A stretch of DNA of 64,000 nucleotides from Klebsormidium nitens (taxonomy: Eukaryota; Plantae; Klebsormidiophyceae), in contig DF237066.1 of NCBI GenBank assembly GCA_000708835.1, forward strand, positions 62,001 through 126,000, written 5' to 3'. The position numbers were made by a program, and so were the translations under genes. The notes under the pieces were generated by a model, which was given only the letters and a program-made list of their open reading frames with translations, was not told the origin of the DNA and searched no databases. Shown here piece after piece: positions 22,898 to 33,899 of the stretch (the first letter of the stretch is position 1; each line of letters begins with the position of its first letter).

Positions 22898-24265
22898 TTA
22901 TTATGATGGTACCCTGCTCGAACTAGGGCTTTCCACTCGATGGCTTTGCAGCTTTGGCGCAGGACCGGACCTGCAGCAATCAGCCTTTGCAGCTACTGTT
23001 TCTCTCTGTTCTTCAACTGAGCGCAGCAAAGGCAAGCATGTCAGCAGGCTCCATGCGGCCACAGCCACAGCGTGCAGCTGCTGATCATTCGTAATTTCGT
23101 TGGAGCTAGGCTTCTGCACTGGGTCTGCTATTTGCTGGGAAAACGCTGCAACATTTCATTAAAGCTTGCCCAAGTGGGCTAGCATGCTGAAAGCTTTCAA
23201 TGTTTGAGAAAGGCCATCGATTATTGCTAATTCATCAATCCTGTGGCGCTTGAGTCTATTGCATGCGCATCTCGGTCAGGACATTGATCAGCAGGATCAG
23301 CATTGCAATGTGTTAAGGTGATTGGGAACCCATTGGCAAAATGGTGTCTTATCATCTTATGCGTCATACGCGCCGCCTCATGAAGGCTTTGCCTCAGAGA
23401 TGAACCGCTGACAGTGAGGGCTGGATACATATCTGAAAATTTGAATACTGGTTGCAATGTTTGCCGCGTATCAATCAGTGTCGGCGGGCCCGATCTAGCA
23501 ACTGTTCACAGTTCATCGTAGCCGTTGAATATTTATATCGACGATGCAAATACGACACATCAGCGTCGACGAATTTTCAGGTATTGTGCTGCTGAATAGG
23601 AATTGTGTACTGCTGTAATTGACTGTAATATGTTGCTATCTAATACTCGCTTATGCCCAAGTAGTTTGCCGCTTATAAATCGTCATAAATCCTGCGAAAC
23701 CCAAACTCTTGAACAATAATAATGTTCAATATCAATCTGATCAAACCCGCAGGCAATATTAGCTTTCCAGGTTGAAAAGCCTAACCTGCCGAACGGACCA
23801 GAAATGGGCCCTTATAATAGTCGGAAGTCCGGACTCCTGTAGGTTATTTCATTCAGCAGGAGTTTGGGACAGCCAATGAACCATATCTTCTTTATCCAGT
23901 CCATCCATACCGATCAAGAGCTCAAGAAGATGTGACCTGATTGTGATGTGCCATTGCAATGGCGGCCAACTGCTTTGTAGTCTGTTAGAGATTGTGGCTA
24001 CATGGGGCTCATTGCTTCCGCTGCAATTCCCAATGGGAGGCACAGGGCAGCCGCTGAGCGAGGCGGCCTGAGCTAGCGCATGCGGTGGTTTCATGCAGGT
24101 CTTGGTGTCAGTCATGGGCTTCACAAAAGCGACAGTGCGCTGCCCAGCAGCTCAGACGCTGGCGCAAGCAACGCTGAGGTTTTTGCAGCGCTCAGTAGAG
24201 ACCTTTATTGGCAGTGCAGATCTTTGATAGCTTTATACAGGAGGTAGTGCTGACGAGCAGGGATC

Positions 24266-27200
24266 ATGCCGCAGGACGGGGAGCACAGCCTAGACTTCAA
24301 ACAAACGTTTTGCACGTGCTCTTTGCGATGCAAGCTCGGTGGAGTTGATGGAAGGTGGATACCAGACAGAACTTACAGGGACCACAAGCATAAGCAAAGG
24401 CTGCTAGACGGTCTTGTGCAGGGCCTTCAAGGCCTGGAAGATGAGCAGTCGCCAGATGAGTCCGCTTTTGAGAGATTGAACATTCAGGACGAGAATCTGG
24501 AGGAGGCTCCTGATCTTCAATCAGAGCCGTTGCAAACTGGATCTCAGTCTGATCAGCAAGATGCAGAGCAAACCAGTGGAGTTTCTGGTTTCTTGCCCGA
24601 GGAAATCCAGCTTATCAAGCTCATACTGGAGCTGTTCAACTTGAGCAGTGAGGCGTCTTTAAGCAACGCAACAGTGTCCAAGCTGCTCAGCTGGGCTTTT
24701 GCGGACAATGGTTCATTAGCTGCGCTTCTGCACAACGATTGGAAGCAGGTCTCTAAGAATTTTGGAATCCCCACAAGCTATGATCAGGTAGGTGGACTCT
24801 AGAGTTGAGCTGCCATGCAAGTGTTGCAAAGTCATCGAGCTTCAGAAACTGAGATGCTGATTGAGACAACTTTTCACCAACACGTGCTCTGCACCTTGTG
24901 ATGGCAAATGGTTGGATGATGAATCATGCTGACAAGGAAACAGGCTTTCACTTTGGACGCTTTTTGGGCAAGTCCTGCATTGAGCACATCGTCATCCGTC
25001 TCTGTTCGGTTGATGAGATGGCAATCTCTGAAGCTGTTTCTCGAATATTGATAGTGCTCAAACAACTTTTCTGCAGCTTGCCTCCTTCCTCCATCGCCTT
25101 GGCACAAGTAAGCTCGGTGCTCCTCAACGCTGGCGGTATCACACAGACCCCAATGGCTCATGGCACCTCTTCAGCCCTAGTGCCGCAGACGACGGGGTTC
25201 CCTGCCCATACTGCCCCGATGCCCCTCAGCGTCCGCTTTGGCGCGACTGTAACTTCCACACCGAGCAGTGCAAAGATTGCGACCTGCGGCGAAGGGATTG
25301 CAAAGAGATGCTCCTCATCAGCCAGCAATCTTTTCTCAAGGCGCAGTGCAGCACGATTCAGGGGTGCGAGACACTGTTGGCCGCTGTCAGGGATCACGAG
25401 TCCTGGATGGGCAAAGACCCGGAGCAAGTGCACGAGCCTCAGAGTGAGATCTGGCATGGGAAGGCCTTCCGTGAGAAGTCTTCCTTCCTCGACCCTTCCA
25501 AGTCCTACATGCTGCCACTTAGCTGTCCGACTTGCAACGAGAGGGAAAATGTCTACTGTTCCAAGGCTTTTGATCCGCCATTCTTTGCACAGGCTGATAG
25601 TAGCATGTGGTCCGAAACTAGCCAGAAATTCGTGACGGTTTGCCCGCAGTGTAGCGGTAGGATTGAAGCAACGCGAGAGGACTTGCTGCGGCAAGGGAGT
25701 GTCTACAACGTCCTTCTAGGTTTGCACGAAGATGGATTCCAGGCTTCGAGAACAACGGAGCGAAACGCAGCCGTTCTCGACATCTTTCCTCTCACAGCAT
25801 CCTCGCGTGACCGTGCTTCAAAAAGCAAACAATTGCTTTGGCCTATGGGCTTTCCTCCCGCCGAGGACATCCCGAATGGACCCGATGGTCTTGACTTCTT
25901 TCTACTCGCTGTCACTTTAGACTTCTTGGATTCGTTTTTGGAGGGATTCGAGGCCCCTTTCGCTCTTCCTTCGGAGAAAGTCTTTCCAGGTCTGCCGAAA
26001 TCCGCAGCCTACCAACCGGTTCGGATTCATACGCAGCTCCTTTGTACCATGGCGGACCAGCCAGCTCAATCGGATCTTGCGAAGACCAAGCGCAGCGGCT
26101 ACCACGTTTCCCGTAAGTGCCGCGAGCGTGGCGAGCTGAACGAAAAGAAGATGGTTGTATACGGGAGCGCTCGACTGAGGGGACGGGCCGGTTGCGCAGT
26201 CAAGAGCGCCGCTGAATACGAAAAGGCAAGCCGGCGCCACCTGGAGGCGGACTCGGAGAGTGCCGCCGAGCGCAAGGCGATCGGAGAAGAGACTGGCGTC
26301 CTTGGTTTCCCAATGCTGCAGATTCTGTACAGCGCCTACCGCTTCAACAGCGTTACCGACTCCCCCAATGATTGGACGCACACAGGCCCCTTGAACCAAG
26401 TCAAAGGAACCCTTGCAGATCTTTTGATCCCGGAAAAGGGGGAGTCTCCCAACAGGGGAAAGCCAGCCAGCCAGCGCGATCCTGCGGCGGGTCCAACCAT
26501 GACGGTTGCTGACGTCGCCCAGGGGTACAACCGGATTCGCTTCACCCGCCAGCTGTCAGCCGGTCGGAAGCCCCCAGATCCAAGCGAAAAGTCCTGGGGT
26601 TCTTTGAAAGCGGAGGATCTGCAAAAGCTGGCGGAGCACGCGCTCGAGAGCATGACCGCGGGGTTCGTCGGACTGTCTCAGTTCGCGATCCTTTCCCTGG
26701 TGGCTCGCATCCAGCAGCTCGTTTTCCGGACCGAAGCATGGGGTCGGGAGGAGCGGTCCATGCTTGCGCGCATGTGTCTTGCAAAGCAGATCCGATGCGA
26801 CGACCTGTACGGCGCGCGTGGCCGGCCTCTCGAGCACGAGGCTGCCTTCCACGTCCTGCAGGATCTTCTCCGCTTTGGCCCGGTGAGGAACTACTGGACT
26901 GAACGAAACGAAAGGTACATCAAACGGCTTACCCGGATCCCAAACAATGGCAAGGAATATGAAGCCACGTTTGCGAGACGGGAGTACCTCAGTCTAGTTG
27001 CCTCCCATTTTGAAGTCCTGCTCTTTGAAAACAATCTTAGAAAGACCGGCGAGACGTACTCAAGTCTTGCTTGGAAAGCGCTCGACGGTCATTTCGAGGG
27101 TGGTTGTGTTTTCGTCAACTCGCAAGTCCAGGCAAAGCGCATCTTCGAGGACCTGCCCCTCCTTACGAGCTCCAGCCAGGGGCCTTGGCAGAATGAGGTC

Positions 27201-28508
27201 CTGCTTGCGATCAAAGGCGGGGGAGTCCTGATAGGCCCGCACCCCCGCAACTGGCGGCCCCGTTCTTTTCGGGCCTTGAGCTCTTTCGCGTTTCTTGGAG
27301 TTAGAAAGTTGCTCTTGAAGGGGACGCGAAATGGAGCGGGCTCTCAGAGTTCCCTTAGAAACCAAGCGGTGCAACAAAAGAGCATCACGTTGAACGGTGT
27401 CAACTTCGCCCTAGGAGACTACGTTGTCCTGCGAGATGGTTCCGACGAGCAGTTTGGACGACTTGAGAAAATCGTCGTCGTTCCAGGAATGGATCAGAAG
27501 TGGCACGCTTTCATCCAGTGCGCCTACTTCAAGATTCTGTTTGAAAACTCGCAGAGAATCCTAGGTGCCCCGTTCCACAACATGGTCATGCTCGGTGACC
27601 TTCAAAGCCCTAGAAACAGCTCTTGCATCAAGTTTGCTCGAGACCTCGTGCGGCACTTTATCCCGTACCCTGTCCGGGACGGTCTTCCTGGTTCTGCTCC
27701 CCGCTTCCACGCAATCCAAACGGACCGGAAAGAGCAACAGTTCCGGGCCGCTGACGTGTACATTCCGGTCTACCCTCAGGTGAGCGTCCTCGTTGTTACA
27801 AGCAGCCTAGCGAAGTTAGAAGCGTGCGCACGTTCAAATCAATCTTTCAGTTGCTCGCCAACTTTCAAGCAATGTTTTTGAATCTGGCTATAAGAAGACC
27901 GAGTTTCGTCTCTCTCGCTCTCTCGCTCTGCTGAACGCTAGTGGGTAGATTGATTGACGGTCCTTCGTGAAGCCTCACAAAAGAGACAAAGTCCTTTTTG
28001 AGATTAAGCTCCGGCTTGTGCCACGTCCTGAGGAAAGATGAAGAATCGCAAAATTCCGGCACGAGGTCATGTTTGATAACTTGCAAAAGACACGCTTTTA
28101 TCTACGCAGGAGGGTGACGTCGTTCGAGTCCCCGTGCGCGCGGACAGCGCCTCATTCGTGGACAAAGTAAGCACGCGGCCGTGCGGACGGAGACCGGTCG
28201 AAGGGGTTGCCTTTTGCAAGACGGTGCGGCAAGGGCAGCGAGTCGACTTTGGGCTGGTGACACGTGTCGACACCCGCGCCAAGCAAGCGACCGTACACTG
28301 GCTCCGACCGTACGGCCAACCAGCGGAGCTACTCCCGGGCACACCTACGACATGGGAGCTGTGGCCGACAAGGGGGCGGGGCTCCTTCGCGGTCCATAAC
28401 GTCAGCTGGGACGACATGCTGGACGTGGTGGAGGGAGTGGAGCGGAGCGACGACGACGGGCGGCTGCAGTTCCAGTTCGAGATGCCGCCGCAGCTGCTCC
28501 TGCAATAG
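24266..28508 (+). CDS. CMC/EnSpm-type transposase (Tnp2/Transposase_21-like plus DUF4218-like) with C-terminal BAH-like domains, ~1207 aa
   Basis: Exons 24266-24787, 25077-27779, 28110-28508, all phase 0 and free of stops. Family-typical motifs: EIWHGKAF, LLGLHEDGFQ, ADQPAQ...GYHVSRKC, DWTHTGPLNQVK, HVLQDLLRFGPVRNYWTERNERYIKRL. Cys clusters occur near the N-terminus. Confidence 0.8.
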
Positions 28509-29699
28509 GTGAGGTCAAGAAGGCCGCAAGAATGGTTATAAATATGCTGAAAGACACCTCATAAGGAGTTCCCGTGCCTGTGCTCGTTTTGCCTAAGCGA
28601 AGCCGGCCGTTAATGTTAACGTAACAGGAAGTATTTCAGCATGGGAACCTTTGTTTGCTTCGACTATCTCTGCATGAGTGAGGAATCTCTGACGGTTCTT
28701 TCTGGTATATAAACCAAAGCGGTCTTTCCTACAAGTCTGCTCGGAGGGGCTAGCAGTGTGCATCAAAAGGTTCTTAATCGAACAGGCGGACTTATGAGGA
28801 GACAGCGTTGTGCATGATTGTTCCGGTCCAGTGAATTCAAGCTCTGAGCAGCTTCCGCTCCTGGCGGAGGCGCTGGTGGTTTGCTGCCCCGCGCTGGCCA
28901 GCACATTGAGAGAAGCGCAGGCCACTTTGCATCAGTCAATTATGGAAATTCAGAAGCAATAAAGGACGGAAGATCGAAGCGCCGGGACTAAGAAGCGAAG
29001 AGTCTCAACCAAAGGGACCGAAGGGAAGCACTTGTACTGACTGTTGCAAAGAATCCATTTTGCAGCCGCATCCGGGGCCCCACGAAACGAAGTAACGGAA
29101 CGGTCTTGGCGGAAGAAGAGGGGAACAAATCGGGCGGAAAGGCGCTGGTTCGTCTAGTGGCGGAACGGCGGAACGGCGGAACCGGAACCAAGTTCGCGAG
29201 CGTAATGGTCCCGAGGAAACGGTTTTAGTCTCGGCGGAAGCGGCAAGCAGCGGAACGAGGTCGGGGCTTTTGGCTCGTCACGGGGCCAGAAGCAAAGAAT
29301 GTGAAGAATGTGAACCACAATGCGTGGTTCAAGAAGCGGGGGACACGCCACGTGCCAGTTCTTGATGGAGGAGCACCTTCCCCAGCGTATCAGGCCCGTT
29401 CCGGCTGCGGCTGTTTAAGGTGCGGCTTCAAGTCACGTGCCACGTGGCACTCCAAGCGAAGCGGTAGGGCGTCGCCAAGCGGGCGGGCTCGCGGACGAAG
29501 AGTGACGTCAAGATTTGGGCCTACTTGTCGGCCGGTGAGACCACCGCCCTGAAGCAAAGTCGCGGGCCCCGCTCGCGCTTAGGGATCTTTTCGATAAAGA
29601 GGAAAGGGGCGCAGCGGAGGCGGAATCTGGACACGTGGCAGCATCCAAGGGGCGGGAACTTGTGCTCAAGGAAGAGCTCCGGCTGCTGGATCTGAGGCT

Positions 29700-31650
29700 T
29701 GGTCGGAGGCGCGGAAGACGCTGCCGCAGCGCGCGCGCGCGACCGGAAGCGCGAGACATGGGGGGGGCGCGTGCTACGACCGCGAGGAGGCTGCGTTTGC
29801 GCCGCGGCAGCAGCGAGATAGACGCGCGTGCCCGGCTGCAAAGAGGGGATGTGCGCGCGCGCGAGACATGGGCGAACGTGGATGCACGACGGGAAGCGGA
29901 GACGGGCGTCTGGAACGCCTCAAGCGGACGTCATTGGCCGGACGATGACGTGCACGGCGGGCACGTAGGAGATGCGCCGCAGAGGAAGGTTGCGCTAGCC
30001 GGCGGCCGAGGCGGCGGGCCCCCTGGCGAAGACGGAGCTGGCGGTCAGGACCAAGTGATGATCAGATCAACCAACAATGCCACGGTTACAAGGTTCAGGT
30101 AGGTGCAGATCTTTGCCAAAACGTAGGGTCTGAAGTGTTGGGCTCACTATCGCTTGGGAAAGTCTGCTGTTCAGAGCACGGTCACATCTACGTTGATTCC
30201 GGAGCTCAAGTCGCGGATTGATACTGTCGCATTTCTTCGATCCAGATCTGGCTGTGCTTTTCAAGACGTGACTCTTGCAAGCTTCTTCTCGGGCTCGGCA
30301 AACCTTGATTTTGAGAAAGGACCACTTTTTAGGTCTGTATGACTTAGGATTTTTAAACTCTCTGTCGACACTTTGAGAAGCGCTCCTTCAATCTCCGCCC
30401 GAAAGGGTCGAAGCCCATTCTGCCAGCGCATTCTTTGTCTCTGATGTCATTGTCGATGTCATTAGCTGCAGCGGCTTCACGGCAAACAATGCTCATTAAC
30501 TGCTTCAGCAGATTGCGGAGTTGTCTTCCCCTGATCACGACCAGCTTCTCCGCGGGGGAAACGAAAGAACATCACAACGGTGTTCAACCTCTTCCAGTTG
30601 CTACTATAGATCACAAAATCAAAAACCTTTAGCCATATCTATCCTCCCCCATCCTTCCCTCCTGAAACCCTCAGGTTTTGCTGCGGCCTCCCTCATCCTT
30701 CCCTCCTGAAACCCTCAGGTTTTGCTGCGGCGGAAAATGCACAACCGCCGGGCGTGTCGGCGCCTTCCGGCTGCGGCTGACTGAGCGTCGAAGAGCGGCG
30801 AAACTTAATGCGACGGCCGCGCGAAGACGCGCGTGCGCTGGACAGCAACGAGATGGGCGCGCGTGCGCCGGGCTGCAAAGAGAGGGTGCGCGCGCGCAAA
30901 AGGCGGAGCGGGATTCACGGCCGTAAGCGGAGACGGGCGTCTGAAACTCCTCCAGCGGGGATCATCTGCTGCGCCATGAAGACGGAAGAGGACGTGCGCG
31001 GCAGGCCCTTGGGAGACGCGCCGAAGCAGGAATTTGCGCTGCCGGCCCGGCCAAGAAGTCGGCCCACGTTCAGGTGACTGCAGAGACTAGCGAATTGGTA
31101 TAGGGTCTGAAGAGCTGGGCTCATGCTGAAGGTCTTGCGCCGCTTGGGAATGCGGATCGTTTCAAAGTCCGCAGTTTATAGCTCGGCCCAAGACGCAGCG
31201 TTGATCCCGGAGCTCAATGCGCAGATGCATTGGGTTCTCGAGGGCGTCAGGCTAATAGGCTAAGGGTTTCAATATTTCAATGGCAAACAGTATTCCCCTC
31301 AAGTATCTCCTTAGGCTCTGATCCGGAGTGGGCTGTGCATTTTAAGGCTGTGACTCTTGCGCCCTTCTTTTCGGAGCAAGCAAACCTTGTTCTTAAAACA
31401 GGACCACAAGTTCCTTGGTCCGTATTTCTTCAGGGTTTTGGAGATTCCTTGTCGACACTTCGAGAAGCCGCCGCTCTTGGAATGTCCACTCGAAACGGTC
31501 GAAGCCCATTCCGCCAGAGCATCTTTGATCGTGACTTCAATTGCGCTCACATCAATTGCAGCCGCTTTCTGAGCAAGCAATGCTCATCAGTGTTTAGGCA
31601 GCATATTGCTGAAATAGTCACCCCCCCTTTTCTACTTTCCGCAGGATGAG
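29700..31650 (+). repeat. Two diverged direct copies (~0.9 kb) inside the transposon
   Basis: 29700-30560 vs 30770-31650 share colinear blocks, e.g. GGAGACGGGCGTCTG, GTTCAGGT, TAGGGTCTGAAG, GTTGATYCCGGAGCTCAA, GTGACTCTTGC, GTCGACACTT, GGTCGAAGCCCATTC, CAATGCTCAT. Confidence 0.7.
30650..30731. repeat. Exact 38-bp tandem duplication (period 44) containing CCTGA-AACCC-TCAGG hairpin
   Basis: CATCCTTCCCTCCTGAAACCCTCAGGTTTTGCTGCGGC at 30650-30687 and 30694-30731. Confidence 0.9.
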
Positions 31651-33099
31651 TAGAAGAGGCGGCGCCTCTTTTCAAATCCCTGTCGTGGCTGGTCAGCACG
31701 CGTCGTGCAAGGGGACAAAGGTGCTGCTCGCGGACGCAACGGACCGCCTCCACATTCCGCGCCGGCGTCGCGGCTCGTGTGCAGCTCGTGGCCCGGCTAT
31801 GTCATCGCATATCATGCGCGAGCATCATCAATGTTGAACGGAGGCTTGGCAAGGACGACAACCAGCATCGCATGTAGGTAAGGACATCACTTGGAGTTTC
31901 TTTTGTGCTATGCTCGTTGTCGGACTGCATCGGAAGTAGGAGCTTACATGTAAGCTGTTGCAAACTCATGGATGCTTCGATATCTAGGATAAACCGGTTT
32001 CGCCAGCGCGCATTCAAATAGAGGTTCAGCTGATCGATCTGCAGGCACGAGCAGCATGGTGTGACTGAACAAAATGTCATACAAAGTGAACCTCTGACTT
32101 AAACGGTGTCTTGGATTGCTTTGGCTCCATTTGCCCGGTCTGTACAACTGCAAATTCCTTTAGCAATTTATCACGTCTTTTAGCTGTTCAGCACTTCTAT
32201 CATGACTTTGAAGCCGCACCCAATCTTCCAGAAGGGACCCGTTCTTGATTATTCTCGCAACTCAACCCGATTCTATGCTATAGACTCCCTTTGTCCTCTT
32301 CTACTCCTATCGCCTGACAAGCTGCTAATCTCGCGCTCTCACTGGACGACAGCATCCTTTTCTTCTCTCGATATTGATGTTCTCCGTCTTAGATCCAAAA
32401 AATATAACCTACTGTGAAATTGACTTCGATTGCGAGATTTATGAACGTATCAGTCGTTGTTTTACAGGACGGACTCCTAGACGTGCTAGAGAAGTCTTCA
32501 GCGTCGCGGGGCGTTGCGAAAGTCGTACGTGCCACAGGCCCGCGGCCGCTCTCCTTCTCAAAAGGCTGTAGAAAAGCAAGACGTGAGGATTAGTTTCATT
32601 ACGAAACACCGTCCCATGGCAGTATACTGTTTGTAAACCCATTCTTGTAAGCTGCACCCTGTCCCGGTCTGCGGTCAGGAGGGAGTTCTCGTACTCAGGC
32701 TTCTCCCATTCAGCGCGGCGCTCACCATTTCAGTTACTTGACAGTGATATGGAGCAACGATACTTCTCTGCTGTCTCCAAAAAGCAATCAGGGGCTTGGA
32801 TGCAGCGGGCAGCCAAACTGGCTCATCATTGAGAATATCGCTTGACCATCGTGTCACTCTTCACTCACCTTCGTGGTTGTCGTCAGCTGAGCCGATCTTG
32901 GATTCGCCTGTGGAAGAGCGTGCCGGAATGCTTCTTGTTAAATCTCATTCGAAGTCGGCACTATGCTCTAGAAGTGCCGCGCTTCTCGAATCTGGCCCCT
33001 TCCTCGACGTTCAAGTTGCAGTATGTTAAACTACTTAGTACGTCGTTCCTGCTCAAAACCGTACACGAATGTTTGCGGCCAGCTCTAGTTGCAAGTTGA

Positions 33100-33423
33100 C
33101 CAGGTTGACATCAACCGTGGCCCTGTATACTGCAACCGACCCGGGAGATAAACAAACCGGGCCCCGGTTCCCAGGTTCACACGCCGGTTTCACAAATCCG
33201 AGACTAGTTTTTGTAAACCGGGGCCCGGTTCATCCCAACCAGCCCCAGACCACAGAAACCGGGGCCTGGTTTGCACAAACCGGGCCTCGGAAAGTACAGG
33301 AACCGGGGCCGCCCCGGTTGCAGTTTTCCGGGCCGGCCCTTGAGCCAGGAAACCGGGGCCAAACCGGTCAGAATCCGGGGCGCCCCGGTTGAGCGCCCCG
33401 GTTCGCGTCCAATCCTCCCTGTG
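33100..33423 (-). repeat. Right subterminal repeat region and TIR
   Basis: AAACCGGGGC motifs at ~33156, 33216, 33257, 33301, 33349 and 33373; TIR at 33395-33423. Confidence 0.85.
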
Positions 33424-33899
33424 GGTTTCTTGCTTTCCGATTAAGGCAAGTATAATTTGTGTATTCGTTTATTCGAAATCATACCTTGGTCGTACGGACG
33501 AAGGTTAGTACATTGTACGTACAACACTTCCTGGTCCTAGCTGGCTAGATGGCTGGCCCAGGATGCCGGACAATTATGGACATTATTGCTGATCAGAGAC
33601 GAAAAGACGGTCATACGTCATGACTTGGTTCAGGCAGCTGGCTGTCATGTAATCTCTTCTTTCTTCCTTCTGTTGTGTGATCTCAGCCGTTCACCGTATT
33701 GTCGCCATTGTGTATTGACGCCAGATCGCCACATTGGAGATCAACACAATGCATGGCACATCTATCACACCTACTGGTAGAGCCGCATATGGCCACACAG
33801 CCAGTTGCATAGGTGCAAACATGCGCAGTGTCCGAATGTCTGCTTCCGACTTTAGGAACAAGAATGTCCCTGCTACCTACTGGACTGTCCCGTACGACG

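Larger units (their letters stand above)
16755..33423 (+). mobile_element. CACTA/EnSpm (CMC superfamily)-like DNA transposon, ~16.7 kb, apparently autonomous
   Basis: The 29-bp TIRs are CACAGGGAGGATGGGACGCGAACCGGGGC (16755-16783) and its reverse complement at 33395-33423, with 1 mismatch. Both ends carry subterminal AACCGGGGC repeats, and there is an internal Tnp2-like transposase gene. No clean TSD was found. Confidence 0.85.

Noticed and set aside
24898-25694. ORFs 24898..25635 (+) and 25158..25694 (-)
   Set aside because: They are alternative-frame or antisense shadows of transposase exon 2.
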